NCBI GenBank assembly: GCA_016618085.1
Contig: JABLTG010000170.1
Span: 1-41,346, forward strand
Length of the DNA: 41,346 nt
Source of the DNA: Neovahlkampfia damariscottae
Taxonomy: Eukaryota
Reading direction: 5' to 3'
In this document: in pieces, positions 31,329-41,135 of the stretch
How the letters are laid out: every line of letters starts with the position of its first letter
How positions within the stretch are numbered: position 1 is the stretch's first letter
Program-made: the position numbers and the translations under genes
Notes under the pieces: model-generated
Told to the model about the DNA's origin: nothing
Seen by the model: only the letters and a program-made list of their open reading frames with translations
Databases searched by the model: none

Positions 31329-34300
31329 ATGAAATTTTTTGTTGACACTCAAGGATTTTCATTTAAAAATAAAGAAGGAAACCAATACATCTTACGTTAC
31401 AAAAATTTTTACACTTCAGAAGAAACCTACATACCAAAGTCATTCAAAAGTAAGTATCCAGATCGTTATTTAAACATCTTAAGAAAGGCTAGAAAGTATT
31501 TTAAAGATACCAAAACCAGATATTTCATCATTAATGAAGCAATCCAAAAAGAAAAGAAAAAACTTGGTATCAAAACAAAGAAAACAAAAGAACCAAAAGA
31601 AAAACCAAAAAAAGATGAATTAAAACAATACACAACACATATTGGTCTTTGGAAAGTCGCAGAAAAAGAAAAAAAAAGAAGAGGACAAATTATTTTGATG
31701 AGAGAATTATCATACACAATTCACTGTAAAGAAAGTGATATTCAAAAAATGAGAACATTCAGACAAATTACAATAAACAACAGAAGATTAATTGATACAA
31801 CAGATGCGAGTAATGGTAGAGCTCAATATAACTTTTATAGCGAAAAATTAACTCCATCAGATTTCAAAGAATTGGTGGAATTTTACGAAAGTTGGTTCAG
31901 ATATGTATCATTGGATAGTTTCAGTACAGTAACAGATGATGTATTTGCAGAGGAAGATGAAGAACTTCATGCATCTCGTACTTGTGATATGATCAAAAAT
32001 AACGCAATTGATTATGAAGGAAAGTCATTAAATGAAATGATAAAAAATAATCAATTAAGTCAAAAATTAAAAGAAAATGCATGTGTTTACACAACATTAA
32101 TTCAATATTACCCAAAATTAAGATTAGATGGTGAAAAATTAACCTATGAAACATTATTTAAATTTTTTCATCAAAGAGAATACAAAGAAGGTGATTCATT
32201 AGGATTATCAATAAATGAAATGAAAAAATTCTTTAACTATTTTAATTTATCATGTACATTATTAAATGGAGAAAATAAAATAATTCATCAATCAAAAAGA
32301 GAAATAGTAAGGAAAGATATTGTTTATCACTTTAAAGGAATCGTAACCAATTCACATTTATATCCATTCACAAATAAGTTGAATAAATTTAATTCAAGAG
32401 AACTAGAAGAAATTCAAACATCAGAAAATTATTGTTTACAAACTGGAAAAAAAAAGAATGAATTATTTATTAAAGAAAAAGAAGAATTGTTATCATTAAA
32501 ATTTAAAAAAAAAGAATATTATATTGTTTATTATTCAGGAAATTTAATCGAAGTGTTAAAATGGTTGAAATACACATTAAAATATCATCCTTCTGTGATC
32601 TACAAAAAAAATTTAACAAACATTTATTTAAAAATTAATGAATCAATTGTAAACATTACAAATCATGATATTTCATTTAACAATGAACAAACAGAGGTTA
32701 GAGTTCATGATGAAACAACATCAATTGAAAACATGAAATTATTCAAAAATTTGGATAAAGAATTTGCTGATGCATTATTATGCAAACAATACATGTCAAC
32801 TTATTCAGAATCATTACAATACAATTTATTTAATTTTCCAGTCAGTTGTGCAACAGGATTTTATGATAAAAAATTATCAGTATTTGATGAAGAAGATTCA
32901 TGTGACAATCCAGAATATGCAATTGATTTCACGAAAGCTTATCCATCCATTTTATTTGAAAGTAAATTCATACCAGTTGCAACACCATTTGACGAATTCA
33001 AAAAATACAACAATGAAGGAATTAAAGATCAAAATATTTATATAATTGATGTTGAAATGAATGATGCAAATAAAATATTGTCAGATTCAAATACAAGAGT
33101 AATTTATGGAATCAATTTGAAAAAAATTCAAAAATATCAAAATTATGAAATTAAATTTGTTTGTGAATTAAACAGAGTTCAAAAAAATACAATGATTCCA
33201 AAAGCAATGGAAAAAATAAAAAATTCAGGGTTGACAGTTGAAGATTGGAAATTTATTTTTAACAAAAACATTGGAATGACAGGAAAAAGATTCAATCAAT
33301 CAGCAGTTAGTGGATTATACGATAAATGTAGTGAAGCAAAAGCACAATTGAAAAAATGTTCAAGAGATTTCCCAAAACATATAAGAGATACGAAAATGTG
33401 GTACATAGAACATAAAGGAGAAAGAAAACAATTACAAAATGGATTTTATTTAATTCAAGCATTGATATACGATACAATGAGAACAAAATTATTTATTATG
33501 TTTAATGAATTAAAAGAACAAGGAGTTGAAGTAACAGCTGTCAAAACAGATTGTCTTTATACATCAACAAAACCAGATTTATCAAAATTATCATTTAAAG
33601 TTGGGAAAGAATTTGGTTGCATCAAAGATATTGAAGAAAAAGCTTATGCTGGAGGAAATGAAATATGTTTTCACGATAATAAAAAAGATTGCTGTGAAAA
33701 ATGCAAAAAGAAATTTGAAGCAATGAATATCGATGAATTAAAACCAAAATACAAAAAGAAAGTTAAATTTAACAAATTAGAAATTGAAGATGAATTAAAA
33801 TTAGAGAACTTCAAAGTATTGCAAAATAAAACATTAATTAGAGCTGAATTGCCAGGAGCTGGAAAAACAACAAATACAATCAAATATTTCAGATCACAAA
33901 ATAAAAAAATATTGGTTGTATCACCAACAAATGCATTAGCTTTGGACATTCAAAATAAATTTAAGAAAAATACTACAGCAATTACATTCTGTAAATTGGC
34001 TGGAATCATTGTCGGAGAAGATAAAACAAAAAAGAAATTTGATCTCAAAGATCATGATGTAATTTTAATAGATGAAATTTACAGTTTGTCAACAAGTCAT
34101 TTATGGGATTTGAAAAAAATTATGGATGAAAACAAAGACAAAATATTTATTGGAGCTGGTGATTCATTACAAAATTGTCCAATTGAACCATCAATTAAAA
34201 ACACAAAAATTTACAATGAAATTATTGAAGAAATGTTTCCAAATCATTTAACATTGAAAGAATCAAGAAGAATTCGTAACCCAATTCAAAAAGAAAGATT

Positions 34301-35159
34301 ATTGAAAATGAAAGAATATATTTTCACAAATTTTGACAAAGTTTCAAAAAGAGAATTAATTCACACATTGCAAAATGAATTCAAATTAAAAGTGAATCAA
34401 AAAGAAAAATTCATAAAATGTTATAATATTGGATACAGAAACGAAACATGTGATACAGTTTGCAAGAAAATTTTAGAAAAAAAGAAAGATGCAAAAAAAA
34501 TTTCAGCAAAAAGATTTGATTGGTTTGAAAACATTAATTGTTTCGTAAAAAAAAGATTTAGATTTGGTGCTCATATTTTTCAAGTGAATTACACATATAA
34601 AATTATTGAATTGAACAAAAAAGATCAAACAGTGGTTTTGGAAGATGTTTTAACTTTAGACAAATTCAAAATAAATGTGAATATATTGGATATTAATTTT
34701 AGACCAGCATATGCATGGACAGGTCACAGTATTCAAGGATGTACAACAGATAAACAAGTCTGTATTTTTGATTCAGATTATTGTTTTACAACAGCAAGAT
34801 GGTTATGGACAGCAATTACAAGAACAACAGATTTAAACAAAGTTACTTTATTCACAAATGATAAAAAACTTGAATTAAAATATGATTTTGATAAAATGAT
34901 TTCAAGATATAGAATGCAAGACTCAAGAGCAAGAAGAGAACATAGATGTACAGAATACATAACAAAAAATTATATTTTACATATGTTTAAAACACAAAAT
35001 GGTACATGTATAGATTGTGAACAAGCTTTTAATGTTGAACATATTTTAGATGACAACAATAACTTCACAGTGGATAGAATTGATTCAAAAATTAGCCATG
35101 TTATCGGAAATTGTGAATTGAGATGTGTTAAGTGCAATGTTGCAAAAAGAGATAATTAA
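31329..35159 (+). CDS. Fusion of family B DNA polymerase (protein-primed-like), superfamily 1 helicase and C-terminal HNH-like domain
   Basis: PolB motifs: A IDFTKAYPS, B KFIFNKNIGMTGK, C VKTDCLY. SF1 motifs: PGAGKT, LIDE, GDSLQ, TGHSIQGCT, WTAITR. C-terminus: CIDC...TVDRIDS..HVIGNC..CVKCN. Confidence 0.88.
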   Translation: MKFFVDTQGFSFKNKEGNQYILRYKNFYTSEETYIPKSFKSKYPDRYLNILRKARKYFKDTKTRYFIINEAIQKEKKKLGIKTKKTKEPKEKPKKDELKQYTTHIGLWKVAEKEKKRRGQIILMRELSYTIHCKESDIQKMRTFRQITINNRRLIDTTDASNGRAQYNFYSEKLTPSDFKELVEFYESWFRYVSLDSFSTVTDDVFAEEDEELHASRTCDMIKNNAIDYEGKSLNEMIKNNQLSQKLKENACVYTTLIQYYPKLRLDGEKLTYETLFKFFHQREYKEGDSLGLSINEMKKFFNYFNLSCTLLNGENKIIHQSKREIVRKDIVYHFKGIVTNSHLYPFTNKLNKFNSRELEEIQTSENYCLQTGKKKNELFIKEKEELLSLKFKKKEYYIVYYSGNLIEVLKWLKYTLKYHPSVIYKKNLTNIYLKINESIVNITNHDISFNNEQTEVRVHDETTSIENMKLFKNLDKEFADALLCKQYMSTYSESLQYNLFNFPVSCATGFYDKKLSVFDEEDSCDNPEYAIDFTKAYPSILFESKFIPVATPFDEFKKYNNEGIKDQNIYIIDVEMNDANKILSDSNTRVIYGINLKKIQKYQNYEIKFVCELNRVQKNTMIPKAMEKIKNSGLTVEDWKFIFNKNIGMTGKRFNQSAVSGLYDKCSEAKAQLKKCSRDFPKHIRDTKMWYIEHKGERKQLQNGFYLIQALIYDTMRTKLFIMFNELKEQGVEVTAVKTDCLYTSTKPDLSKLSFKVGKEFGCIKDIEEKAYAGGNEICFHDNKKDCCEKCKKKFEAMNIDELKPKYKKKVKFNKLEIEDELKLENFKVLQNKTLIRAELPGAGKTTNTIKYFRSQNKKILVVSPTNALALDIQNKFKKNTTAITFCKLAGIIVGEDKTKKKFDLKDHDVILIDEIYSLSTSHLWDLKKIMDENKDKIFIGAGDSLQNCPIEPSIKNTKIYNEIIEEMFPNHLTLKESRRIRNPIQKERLLKMKEYIFTNFDKVSKRELIHTLQNEFKLKVNQKEKFIKCYNIGYRNETCDTVCKKILEKKKDAKKISAKRFDWFENINCFVKKRFRFGAHIFQVNYTYKIIELNKKDQTVVLEDVLTLDKFKINVNILDINFRPAYAWTGHSIQGCTTDKQVCIFDSDYCFTTARWLWTAITRTTDLNKVTLFTNDKKLELKYDFDKMISRYRMQDSRARREHRCTEYITKNYILHMFKTQNGTCIDCEQAFNVEHILDDNNNFTVDRIDSKISHVIGNCELRCVKCNVAKRDN

Positions 35160-35200
35160 ATTCGTTAAATGATTTAAAAAAAAATATATAATAAATATAA

Positions 35201-35476
35201 ATGGATCAAGAAAAAATTAAAAAAACTGAAAACATTGTTGAATATAGAAAAAACTATTATGCTCAAAATAAACAGAAAATCCGAGATAAAATGCAAAGAA
35301 TTGTTCATTGTGAACTATGCGATAAAGATATAATTTTTAGTCGATACAAGAGACATTTAAGGACAACAAAACATTTAAAAAATGCAAAACATGACTTAGA
35401 AAGGTTTTTAGGAGAGGAATTAAAATTTGATGATTTCAGAGATTGTGTAATCGGGAAAGTTATTGAAAATAATTAA
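35201..35476 (+). CDS. Small C2H2-type zinc finger protein (viral)
   Basis: YRKNYYAQNK...CELC...KRHLRTTKH. Confidence 0.8.
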   Translation: MDQEKIKKTENIVEYRKNYYAQNKQKIRDKMQRIVHCELCDKDIIFSRYKRHLRTTKHLKNAKHDLERFLGEELKFDDFRDCVIGKVIENN

Positions 35477-35500
35477 TTTATATATTATTAATAATAGGAA

Positions 35501-35773
35501 ATGAAAATCAAATATGCCATGTCATGTAGCGTGTGTAATAAAAATATTTCAGTGCTAAAATTTAAAAAGCATTGCAAAACAAAAACTCATTTAAGAAATA
35601 AAAAAGATCAATGCTTGCGTAATAACGACGTTAACAAAAATATAATAAATGACTTTACAAAGAAAGTTGAAGCTCTTTCTCAGAAAATTAAAGAGTATCA
35701 AGATGAAATTGATTCTGCCGAAAATGAGATTGAAGAATCCAATAAAACGATAGAAGAAATTGAAAATAATTAA
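35501..35773 (+). CDS. Small C2H2-type zinc finger + coiled-coil protein (viral)
   Basis: CSVC...KKHCKTKTH followed by an acidic coiled coil. Confidence 0.75.
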   Translation: MKIKYAMSCSVCNKNISVLKFKKHCKTKTHLRNKKDQCLRNNDVNKNIINDFTKKVEALSQKIKEYQDEIDSAENEIEESNKTIEEIENN

Positions 35774-35834
35774 TCACAAAAAAAACGCAACAAAAAGGTT
35801 TAAAAAAATAAAATCTATAGTAATAATAAAGGAA

Positions 35835-36365
35835 ATGGATACAGAAAAAAAATACGTTGTCAGTAATGTGAAATATGATGATAAAGAAGAAGCGAAAAAA
35901 AATGGATTCTTTTGGGATAAGGAAATTAAAAAATGGATCATGGAGATAAATAGATTTAGTAAAATTAATTTTGGTCCATCTGATGAAAGAAATAATGTAC
36001 TAAAAATTTACTTTAAAGACAGAAATAGAGATTATTGTCTTAATATTTACACAACAATACAAAAAGATGATTTTGTTCACAGAAGACAAGAGTATCTGAC
36101 TATTGATGAATATAATAAAATATTAAAAAATTACAAAAAAATTAAATGTAAATTGTGTAAAAAAAACTTAGTTCCAGTTGCAAATGAACGACAAAATGGC
36201 ACAACAAAACACAACGATTGGGCAAAAAGATGTTATCACAAAAAATGTTGGAAATTATTAGATGTATATTCAGAAGATGATGTAATTTTTGATGAAACAA
36301 ATTTAAAAGAAACTGATAATGATAAAGAAAGTAAATACAGTGATTTTGAATTTAGAGATGATTAA
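35835..36365 (+). CDS. DUF5710-like domain + Cys/His cluster protein (likely start MDTEKK at 35835)
   Basis: VKYDDKEEAKKNGFFWDKEIKKW is DUF5710-like. C-terminal CKLC...HNDW..RCYHKKC. An element-type leader precedes the ATG at 35835. Confidence 0.65.
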   Translation: MDTEKKYVVSNVKYDDKEEAKKNGFFWDKEIKKWIMEINRFSKINFGPSDERNNVLKIYFKDRNRDYCLNIYTTIQKDDFVHRRQEYLTIDEYNKILKNYKKIKCKLCKKNLVPVANERQNGTTKHNDWAKRCYHKKCWKLLDVYSEDDVIFDETNLKETDNDKESKYSDFEFRDD

Positions 36366-36388
36366 TTTCTTTGTGGAAAGTATAGAGA

Positions 36389-36565
36389 ATGCCAACACCA
36401 ATCAAATCTCGAAAAAATCGCAAGAAAAAATCAGAATCAGAATCAAAACCGAAAAAATGTTCATGTTCTGGGAAACCAATGGGAAATAAAACGCCATGTG
36501 AATATGCCAAATGTCTCAGAAGAGGACAAATAAGATTGTATGGAAGAAAAATAGCAAAAAAATAA
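36389..36565 (+). CDS. 58-aa basic Cys-containing protein, below the ORF-track cutoff
   Basis: MPTPIKSRKNRKKK...CSC...CEYAKCLRRGQIRLYGRKIAKK fills the gap between co-oriented genes. Confidence 0.65.
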   Translation: MPTPIKSRKNRKKKSESESKPKKCSCSGKPMGNKTPCEYAKCLRRGQIRLYGRKIAKK

Positions 36566-36600
36566 TTTAATAGGATCATTTTGTATTGTAATTATATAAA

Positions 36601-37989
36601 ATGTTTAATTTGTCATGGAGTTTATACAACAAATCAATTTATGATTTTTTAAAGGATTCAGATCGAAAATATGAAGAATCTCCATCAACATATGAAGGAA
36701 AACAAAAGGACGAAAAAAAAGATTACACATCTGAAGAAATTATTCAATTAGCCAAAGAACATTTATCTGAAGAAGAGATAAACAGAATATTTGAATTAGA
36801 AAAAAACAAAACAGTTTCAGCATCACAATTGGAAATTGACCAATTAAAAAGTGAAATAAAAACAGTGAGAAGACAAGGATTAAGTGAAGGTAGAACATTT
36901 GGAAATTATGAAGGTGTTTACAAATCAATGTTTCCACACCTTGGACAAGTTCAACACAACAAACAAAAAGACAGTAACTTTAAAGATCAAATTGATTGGG
37001 ATTTAATGAATATGAGAGATGTGAAAAATATTGAATATATTCCTGCAAGAAATTACAATGAATTAAATGAAAGATTATTTGGAATGTGGGAAACTGGAGA
37101 TAATAGAATTGATAAAACAGTTTTTAATCCAAAAGATGAATACACAGGCATGATTAACAGTAAAAGGCATAATGAACAATTTGTTGTCAGTGAAAAAGTT
37201 AAAATGGATAAATTAAGACCACAAATATATGAATTACAGGAAAAAATGGATAATTTACAGAATGTTGAAAAATCAGAGGAGTATCAAAATCTTGATAAAA
37301 AACAAAATGAATTAGAAAAACAGTTGAATGAGATTAAATTTCAGTTGTCCCTTAATAATTATGATCCTGTGAAACAAAAAGATGCTGAGTGGAAAATTCA
37401 ACAGCAATTGGTTGAAATTCGCTTCCCAGATGAAAAATCTTCTCCTAGTAAAAAAAAAGGTAAACAAACACCAACAAAAGGAAAAAAACAAACACCAGTA
37501 ATAATAAAAAAACCGCAAACTGAAAAAGAATTAATAAAAAAACTTGCTGATGTGCAACGAGAAATCGAAAAAAATAGACCTCTTACCGAAGAAGAAGAAA
37601 ATATTCAGAAACATATTAATGAATTGAAAAAGAAAAAAGAGAAAATAACAAAAAAAGCAAATAAAATGAAAGAGCAAATCTTAGAACAACATAAAGATGC
37701 AATGAACAAATATAAAACACATCAACAAAAATTAAAAAAATATCAAGATGATGTAACATTTTGGGACGATGCAATTGAAAGACATAAAAAAACTCATTTA
37801 AAAGGAAAAATAGAAGAAAAAATAGCAAAGACAGACCCAGTAACATCACTTCTGGATGGAATAAAAATTGGTAGTAAAGCACAATTGTATGTTGGTCCAG
37901 CAATAAATGATCTGAATATAGACTTTGAAACAACTCGTAAATCAATGCAAGACAAATATAAGGATTTTATGGGCAGTTATGGATTGTGA
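36601..37989 (+). CDS. Coiled-coil-rich hypothetical viral protein
   Basis: 462-aa intact ORF with K/E/Q-rich heptads and a duplicated KGK(K)QTP motif. No recognisable enzyme motif. Confidence 0.75.
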   Translation: MFNLSWSLYNKSIYDFLKDSDRKYEESPSTYEGKQKDEKKDYTSEEIIQLAKEHLSEEEINRIFELEKNKTVSASQLEIDQLKSEIKTVRRQGLSEGRTFGNYEGVYKSMFPHLGQVQHNKQKDSNFKDQIDWDLMNMRDVKNIEYIPARNYNELNERLFGMWETGDNRIDKTVFNPKDEYTGMINSKRHNEQFVVSEKVKMDKLRPQIYELQEKMDNLQNVEKSEEYQNLDKKQNELEKQLNEIKFQLSLNNYDPVKQKDAEWKIQQQLVEIRFPDEKSSPSKKKGKQTPTKGKKQTPVIIKKPQTEKELIKKLADVQREIEKNRPLTEEEENIQKHINELKKKKEKITKKANKMKEQILEQHKDAMNKYKTHQQKLKKYQDDVTFWDDAIERHKKTHLKGKIEEKIAKTDPVTSLLDGIKIGSKAQLYVGPAINDLNIDFETTRKSMQDKYKDFMGSYGL

Positions 37990-38018
37990 ATATTATTTTA
38001 TAAACTATAATTATTAAG

Positions 38019-38669
38019 ATGTCAAATCAAGGAATACAAAGTCCAAGTTTAACACCCAGACAAGCAAGATCACCACCTCAATCACCAAGAAAGAGTGAAG
38101 AAATTCAAATTATTGAAGGAAACAAAGTTGAAGGGACATTCCCATTTAATACTATCATTGAACCATATTTAGTAGCTAATACTGAATTTAATTTAGGTTT
38201 TAAAAAAAAAATGGAGACACCAAAAAGAGAAGAATCTGAGTCAGATGATGATGAAATTCCATGGGGTGTCAAACAAAACCTGTACAACGATATATTACAG
38301 GAGCCTAACAAATATAATGAAGAACAAAGTCAAAAAGAGTTAAAACAAATTATGAAAAAAGCAGGATTACTAGATACTCCTGCAAATATGTTGGAAATTG
38401 GTAGTGCACATTACTATAATAAAAAAAAAATTGATAACCTTACCAATTTAATTGGACAACAAAAATTAAAAAAAATCAAAATTGATTCAATAAAAGAAGA
38501 AGTAGAAGAAGCATGGAAAGATGCATATGACAGATTCAAACAACACAGTGAGGATAATGATTTAAGTTTACCAGAAGATAAAATTAGAAAAGGAGCTCAA
38601 TTGATGATGCAAAGCAAAATGAATGAAAAGATGGAAGAGATAAATTTGTTATTTCCATATTTAAATTAA
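38019..38669 (+). CDS. Hypothetical viral protein, paralog 1 of a tandem family (C-terminal half); SP-rich N-terminus
   Basis: GLLDTP...V...W..AY.R...LP......A...INLLFP aligns by eye with the next two ORFs. Confidence 0.72.
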   Translation: MSNQGIQSPSLTPRQARSPPQSPRKSEEIQIIEGNKVEGTFPFNTIIEPYLVANTEFNLGFKKKMETPKREESESDDDEIPWGVKQNLYNDILQEPNKYNEEQSQKELKQIMKKAGLLDTPANMLEIGSAHYYNKKKIDNLTNLIGQQKLKKIKIDSIKEEVEEAWKDAYDRFKQHSEDNDLSLPEDKIRKGAQLMMQSKMNEKMEEINLLFPYLN

Positions 38670-38696
38670 TTTATTTTCTTTGTTTTTTAATATAGG

Positions 38697-39212
38697 ATGT
38701 CAGGATTTGATAACTCAACAAATAGTAATACTCAACTTACAATTCCTCAATTTATGACAACATATAAAGATAGTATTGCAGTTTCGGAAGGTAAAAGGGA
38801 AAAATATGCAAGAGATTATGGGATGGTTAATTTACCTTCAGAAGAATTAAAAATAGATGATATTTTGAAAGAAAATTTTTTATTACAATATGCAATGAAA
38901 GAACCCAATGAATACATCAAAAAGAGAAACAAAATATTGGAAAAAATTAAAAATGATGTGGATAAAGAATTTGTTAAATTATATAAAAAATATGCTGTAG
39001 AAGAAAATCCACCATTACCATCAAATCAAGCAAGAGAATTAGCAATTAAAGGAGCAAGTAATTTAATGCAAGTTGAAATAATAAGATTAGAATCAATGTA
39101 TCCTTCAAAATTTGAAAATGCTGCATACAATCAAGTTCTCAAAGGACAAGGAGCTCAAAGATTAATTGATTTTACAGGTGGAAATTTAAATGTAAAAGAA
39201 GAAGAGGAATAA
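38697..39212 (+). CDS. Hypothetical viral protein, paralog 2
   Basis: YGMVNLPSEELKIDDIL...NEYIKKRNKIL...DV...LYK...MYP. Confidence 0.78.
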   Translation: MSGFDNSTNSNTQLTIPQFMTTYKDSIAVSEGKREKYARDYGMVNLPSEELKIDDILKENFLLQYAMKEPNEYIKKRNKILEKIKNDVDKEFVKLYKKYAVEENPPLPSNQARELAIKGASNLMQVEIIRLESMYPSKFENAAYNQVLKGQGAQRLIDFTGGNLNVKEEEE

Positions 39213-39256
39213 TTTAAATATAAGAAATATTAATTTATAAATCTAATATATTAATA

Positions 39257-39712
39257 ATGTCAAAAACAAACTGGACAGATTTTGGATTACTCAGATCTCC
39301 ATTAGAAGAGCTTGGAATGGATAAAATTTTATATAACGATTCAAGAAAAAAAGAATTATATACAAATACAAATGATTATATCAATCAAAAGAACACACTT
39401 TTGAAAGATCTATTGGGTGATGTAAATACAACTTACGAAACTCTTTATAAAAGGCTTGGAGATGTGCCACACAAGGAAAAACAACGTGTGGCTATGCAAG
39501 CAGCAGCAAGAAAAAAACAAGAAGTTCTTCAAATTGTTGATGAATTATATCCAATGGCAGATCAAGCTTTGAGATTAGCAGGAAATGTGAATATGGCTCA
39601 AGAAGCTGTAAAAGGAAATATAATTGGATCTGCAGCAAGTGCTAAACCAAGAAAAAGAAAAGGTGGTAGACCTAAGGGTTCGAAAAACAAAAAGAAAACT
39701 GAAAAAAAATAA
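39257..39712 (+). CDS. Hypothetical viral protein, paralog 3, with C-terminal AT-hook
   Basis: FGLLRSPLEELGMDKIL...NDYINQKNTLL...DV...LYK...LYP, with the tail KPRKRKGGRPKGSKNKKK. Confidence 0.8.
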   Translation: MSKTNWTDFGLLRSPLEELGMDKILYNDSRKKELYTNTNDYINQKNTLLKDLLGDVNTTYETLYKRLGDVPHKEKQRVAMQAAARKKQEVLQIVDELYPMADQALRLAGNVNMAQEAVKGNIIGSAASAKPRKRKGGRPKGSKNKKKTEKK

Positions 39713-39764
39713 AATATAATAATTTGTGAATAAAATTTAATATTAATTAATATTATTAAATATA

Positions 39765-40523
39765 ATGAGTGAAATTGATTTAACAGAAATTCAAAATAAA
39801 GATGAAAATGATTTTATTGAATTAAATGAAGAAAAAACAAATAATAAAACTGAAATAAAACCAAAAAGAAAATATAAAAAAAGGGAACCCAAAGTTAAAA
39901 AAATTGAAGAAAATAAAGAAATTGAAACAAATAATGAAATAAATCATGAATTTGAATTTAAAAATGAATTTAATTTAAATAAAAATGATAAAACTGAAAT
40001 GTCAACAGAATATTTTAATGAAATTTTTGAACAAATAAAAGAACAAGATGACCCGGTTTATAAAAATCAATTAATTGATAAAATAAATAAATATAAACAA
40101 GTATTTTCAAGATTTTTAACTTCAATAAATTTGACTAATTTGAGTGAAAAAACAATTGACCAATTAGAAACAATTTTAACACAAGTGAAAAAAACGGTGT
40201 CAAACAGAAACATGGAAAGTAATATGAGAAACATTATTCAATTATTTCCAACAGTAATAGAAAAATCAGGAGAATATATAGGACTGGAATTAGAAGGTTA
40301 TTCAAATGTTGTTAACTCTCAGGAAGACTATTATTACACTTGTCAGGAAATATTAATAGAAAACAATTTTTATGATAAATTATATGTTTCACCGACTCAA
40401 AGATTGGCATATATATTGGGTTCATCTGCTTTATTAGTTCACACAACAAATAGTCAAAACAATGAAAGAATAAGACAAAACCTAAATCAAAATATAGATC
40501 ATAATAATTTTAAAGATTTGTAA
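39765..40523 (+). CDS. DUF5767-like viral protein
   Basis: LEGYSNVV...EIL...SPTQRLAYILGSSALLVHTTN resembles the pattern LxGW/YS...PExxL...LxGSAxxxHxTN that I recall for this large-DNA-virus family. Recognised by eye only. Confidence 0.55.
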   Translation: MSEIDLTEIQNKDENDFIELNEEKTNNKTEIKPKRKYKKREPKVKKIEENKEIETNNEINHEFEFKNEFNLNKNDKTEMSTEYFNEIFEQIKEQDDPVYKNQLIDKINKYKQVFSRFLTSINLTNLSEKTIDQLETILTQVKKTVSNRNMESNMRNIIQLFPTVIEKSGEYIGLELEGYSNVVNSQEDYYYTCQEILIENNFYDKLYVSPTQRLAYILGSSALLVHTTNSQNNERIRQNLNQNIDHNNFKDL

Positions 40524-40550
40524 TTTTTTATCTCCTGAATATATATAACA

Positions 40551-41117
40551 ATGTACAAAGTTTTAGCAAATTCATCAGAAGCTTTTTATGCATCAGCTTA
40601 TTCAGTTCTTGGAGCCAAATTATTACTTGATCAAAGAGTTATAAATTTTGGAGACATTCCTGTTCTTTCAATGTTAAATGGATATGATCAAATGTGGTTA
40701 TATGGAGGAACATCTCTTTTATCATCTCTTGCAATGTCTTACACATCTGATTTTGTTGGTATGTTCATTCAAGACAAACCTTCTTTTCAAAGTTTAAGAA
40801 AAATCTCAAAGCCAATCTCGGCAGGTATACTTTCTATTGTTATTGGTATGATCATCAATAGAGGTGTAATGTCATTAAATGGAACAGCTCAATTATTTGC
40901 ATTCGGTGCTGTCAGTGATGTTTTAGGTTCTTACACTTCTCAAGTAATGTTTCCAATGCAAAGTCGACTCATGGATCAATTAAATGGTATGTCTGTACCA
41001 AAAGTCAATGTTCCTCAAAAAGCTCCAATTGTTGATGTTCCAAAACCTAAATTTAATCCAAGTTCATTTGCTGGATTTCAACCAAGTATTGATATTGGAT
41101 TTGGAGCATTTTTTTAA
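40551..41117 (+). CDS. Multi-pass membrane protein (viral)
   Basis: Several Gly/Ala/Ser-rich hydrophobic segments and a Pro-rich tail. Confidence 0.75.
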   Translation: MYKVLANSSEAFYASAYSVLGAKLLLDQRVINFGDIPVLSMLNGYDQMWLYGGTSLLSSLAMSYTSDFVGMFIQDKPSFQSLRKISKPISAGILSIVIGMIINRGVMSLNGTAQLFAFGAVSDVLGSYTSQVMFPMQSRLMDQLNGMSVPKVNVPQKAPIVDVPKPKFNPSSFAGFQPSIDIGFGAFF

Positions 41118-41135
41118 TGTAAATTAATATTATAA

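Noticed and set aside
36601..37989. Major capsid protein (size is compatible)
   Set aside because: The sequence is K/E/Q-rich coiled coil, not beta-strand-rich as expected for a double jelly-roll.
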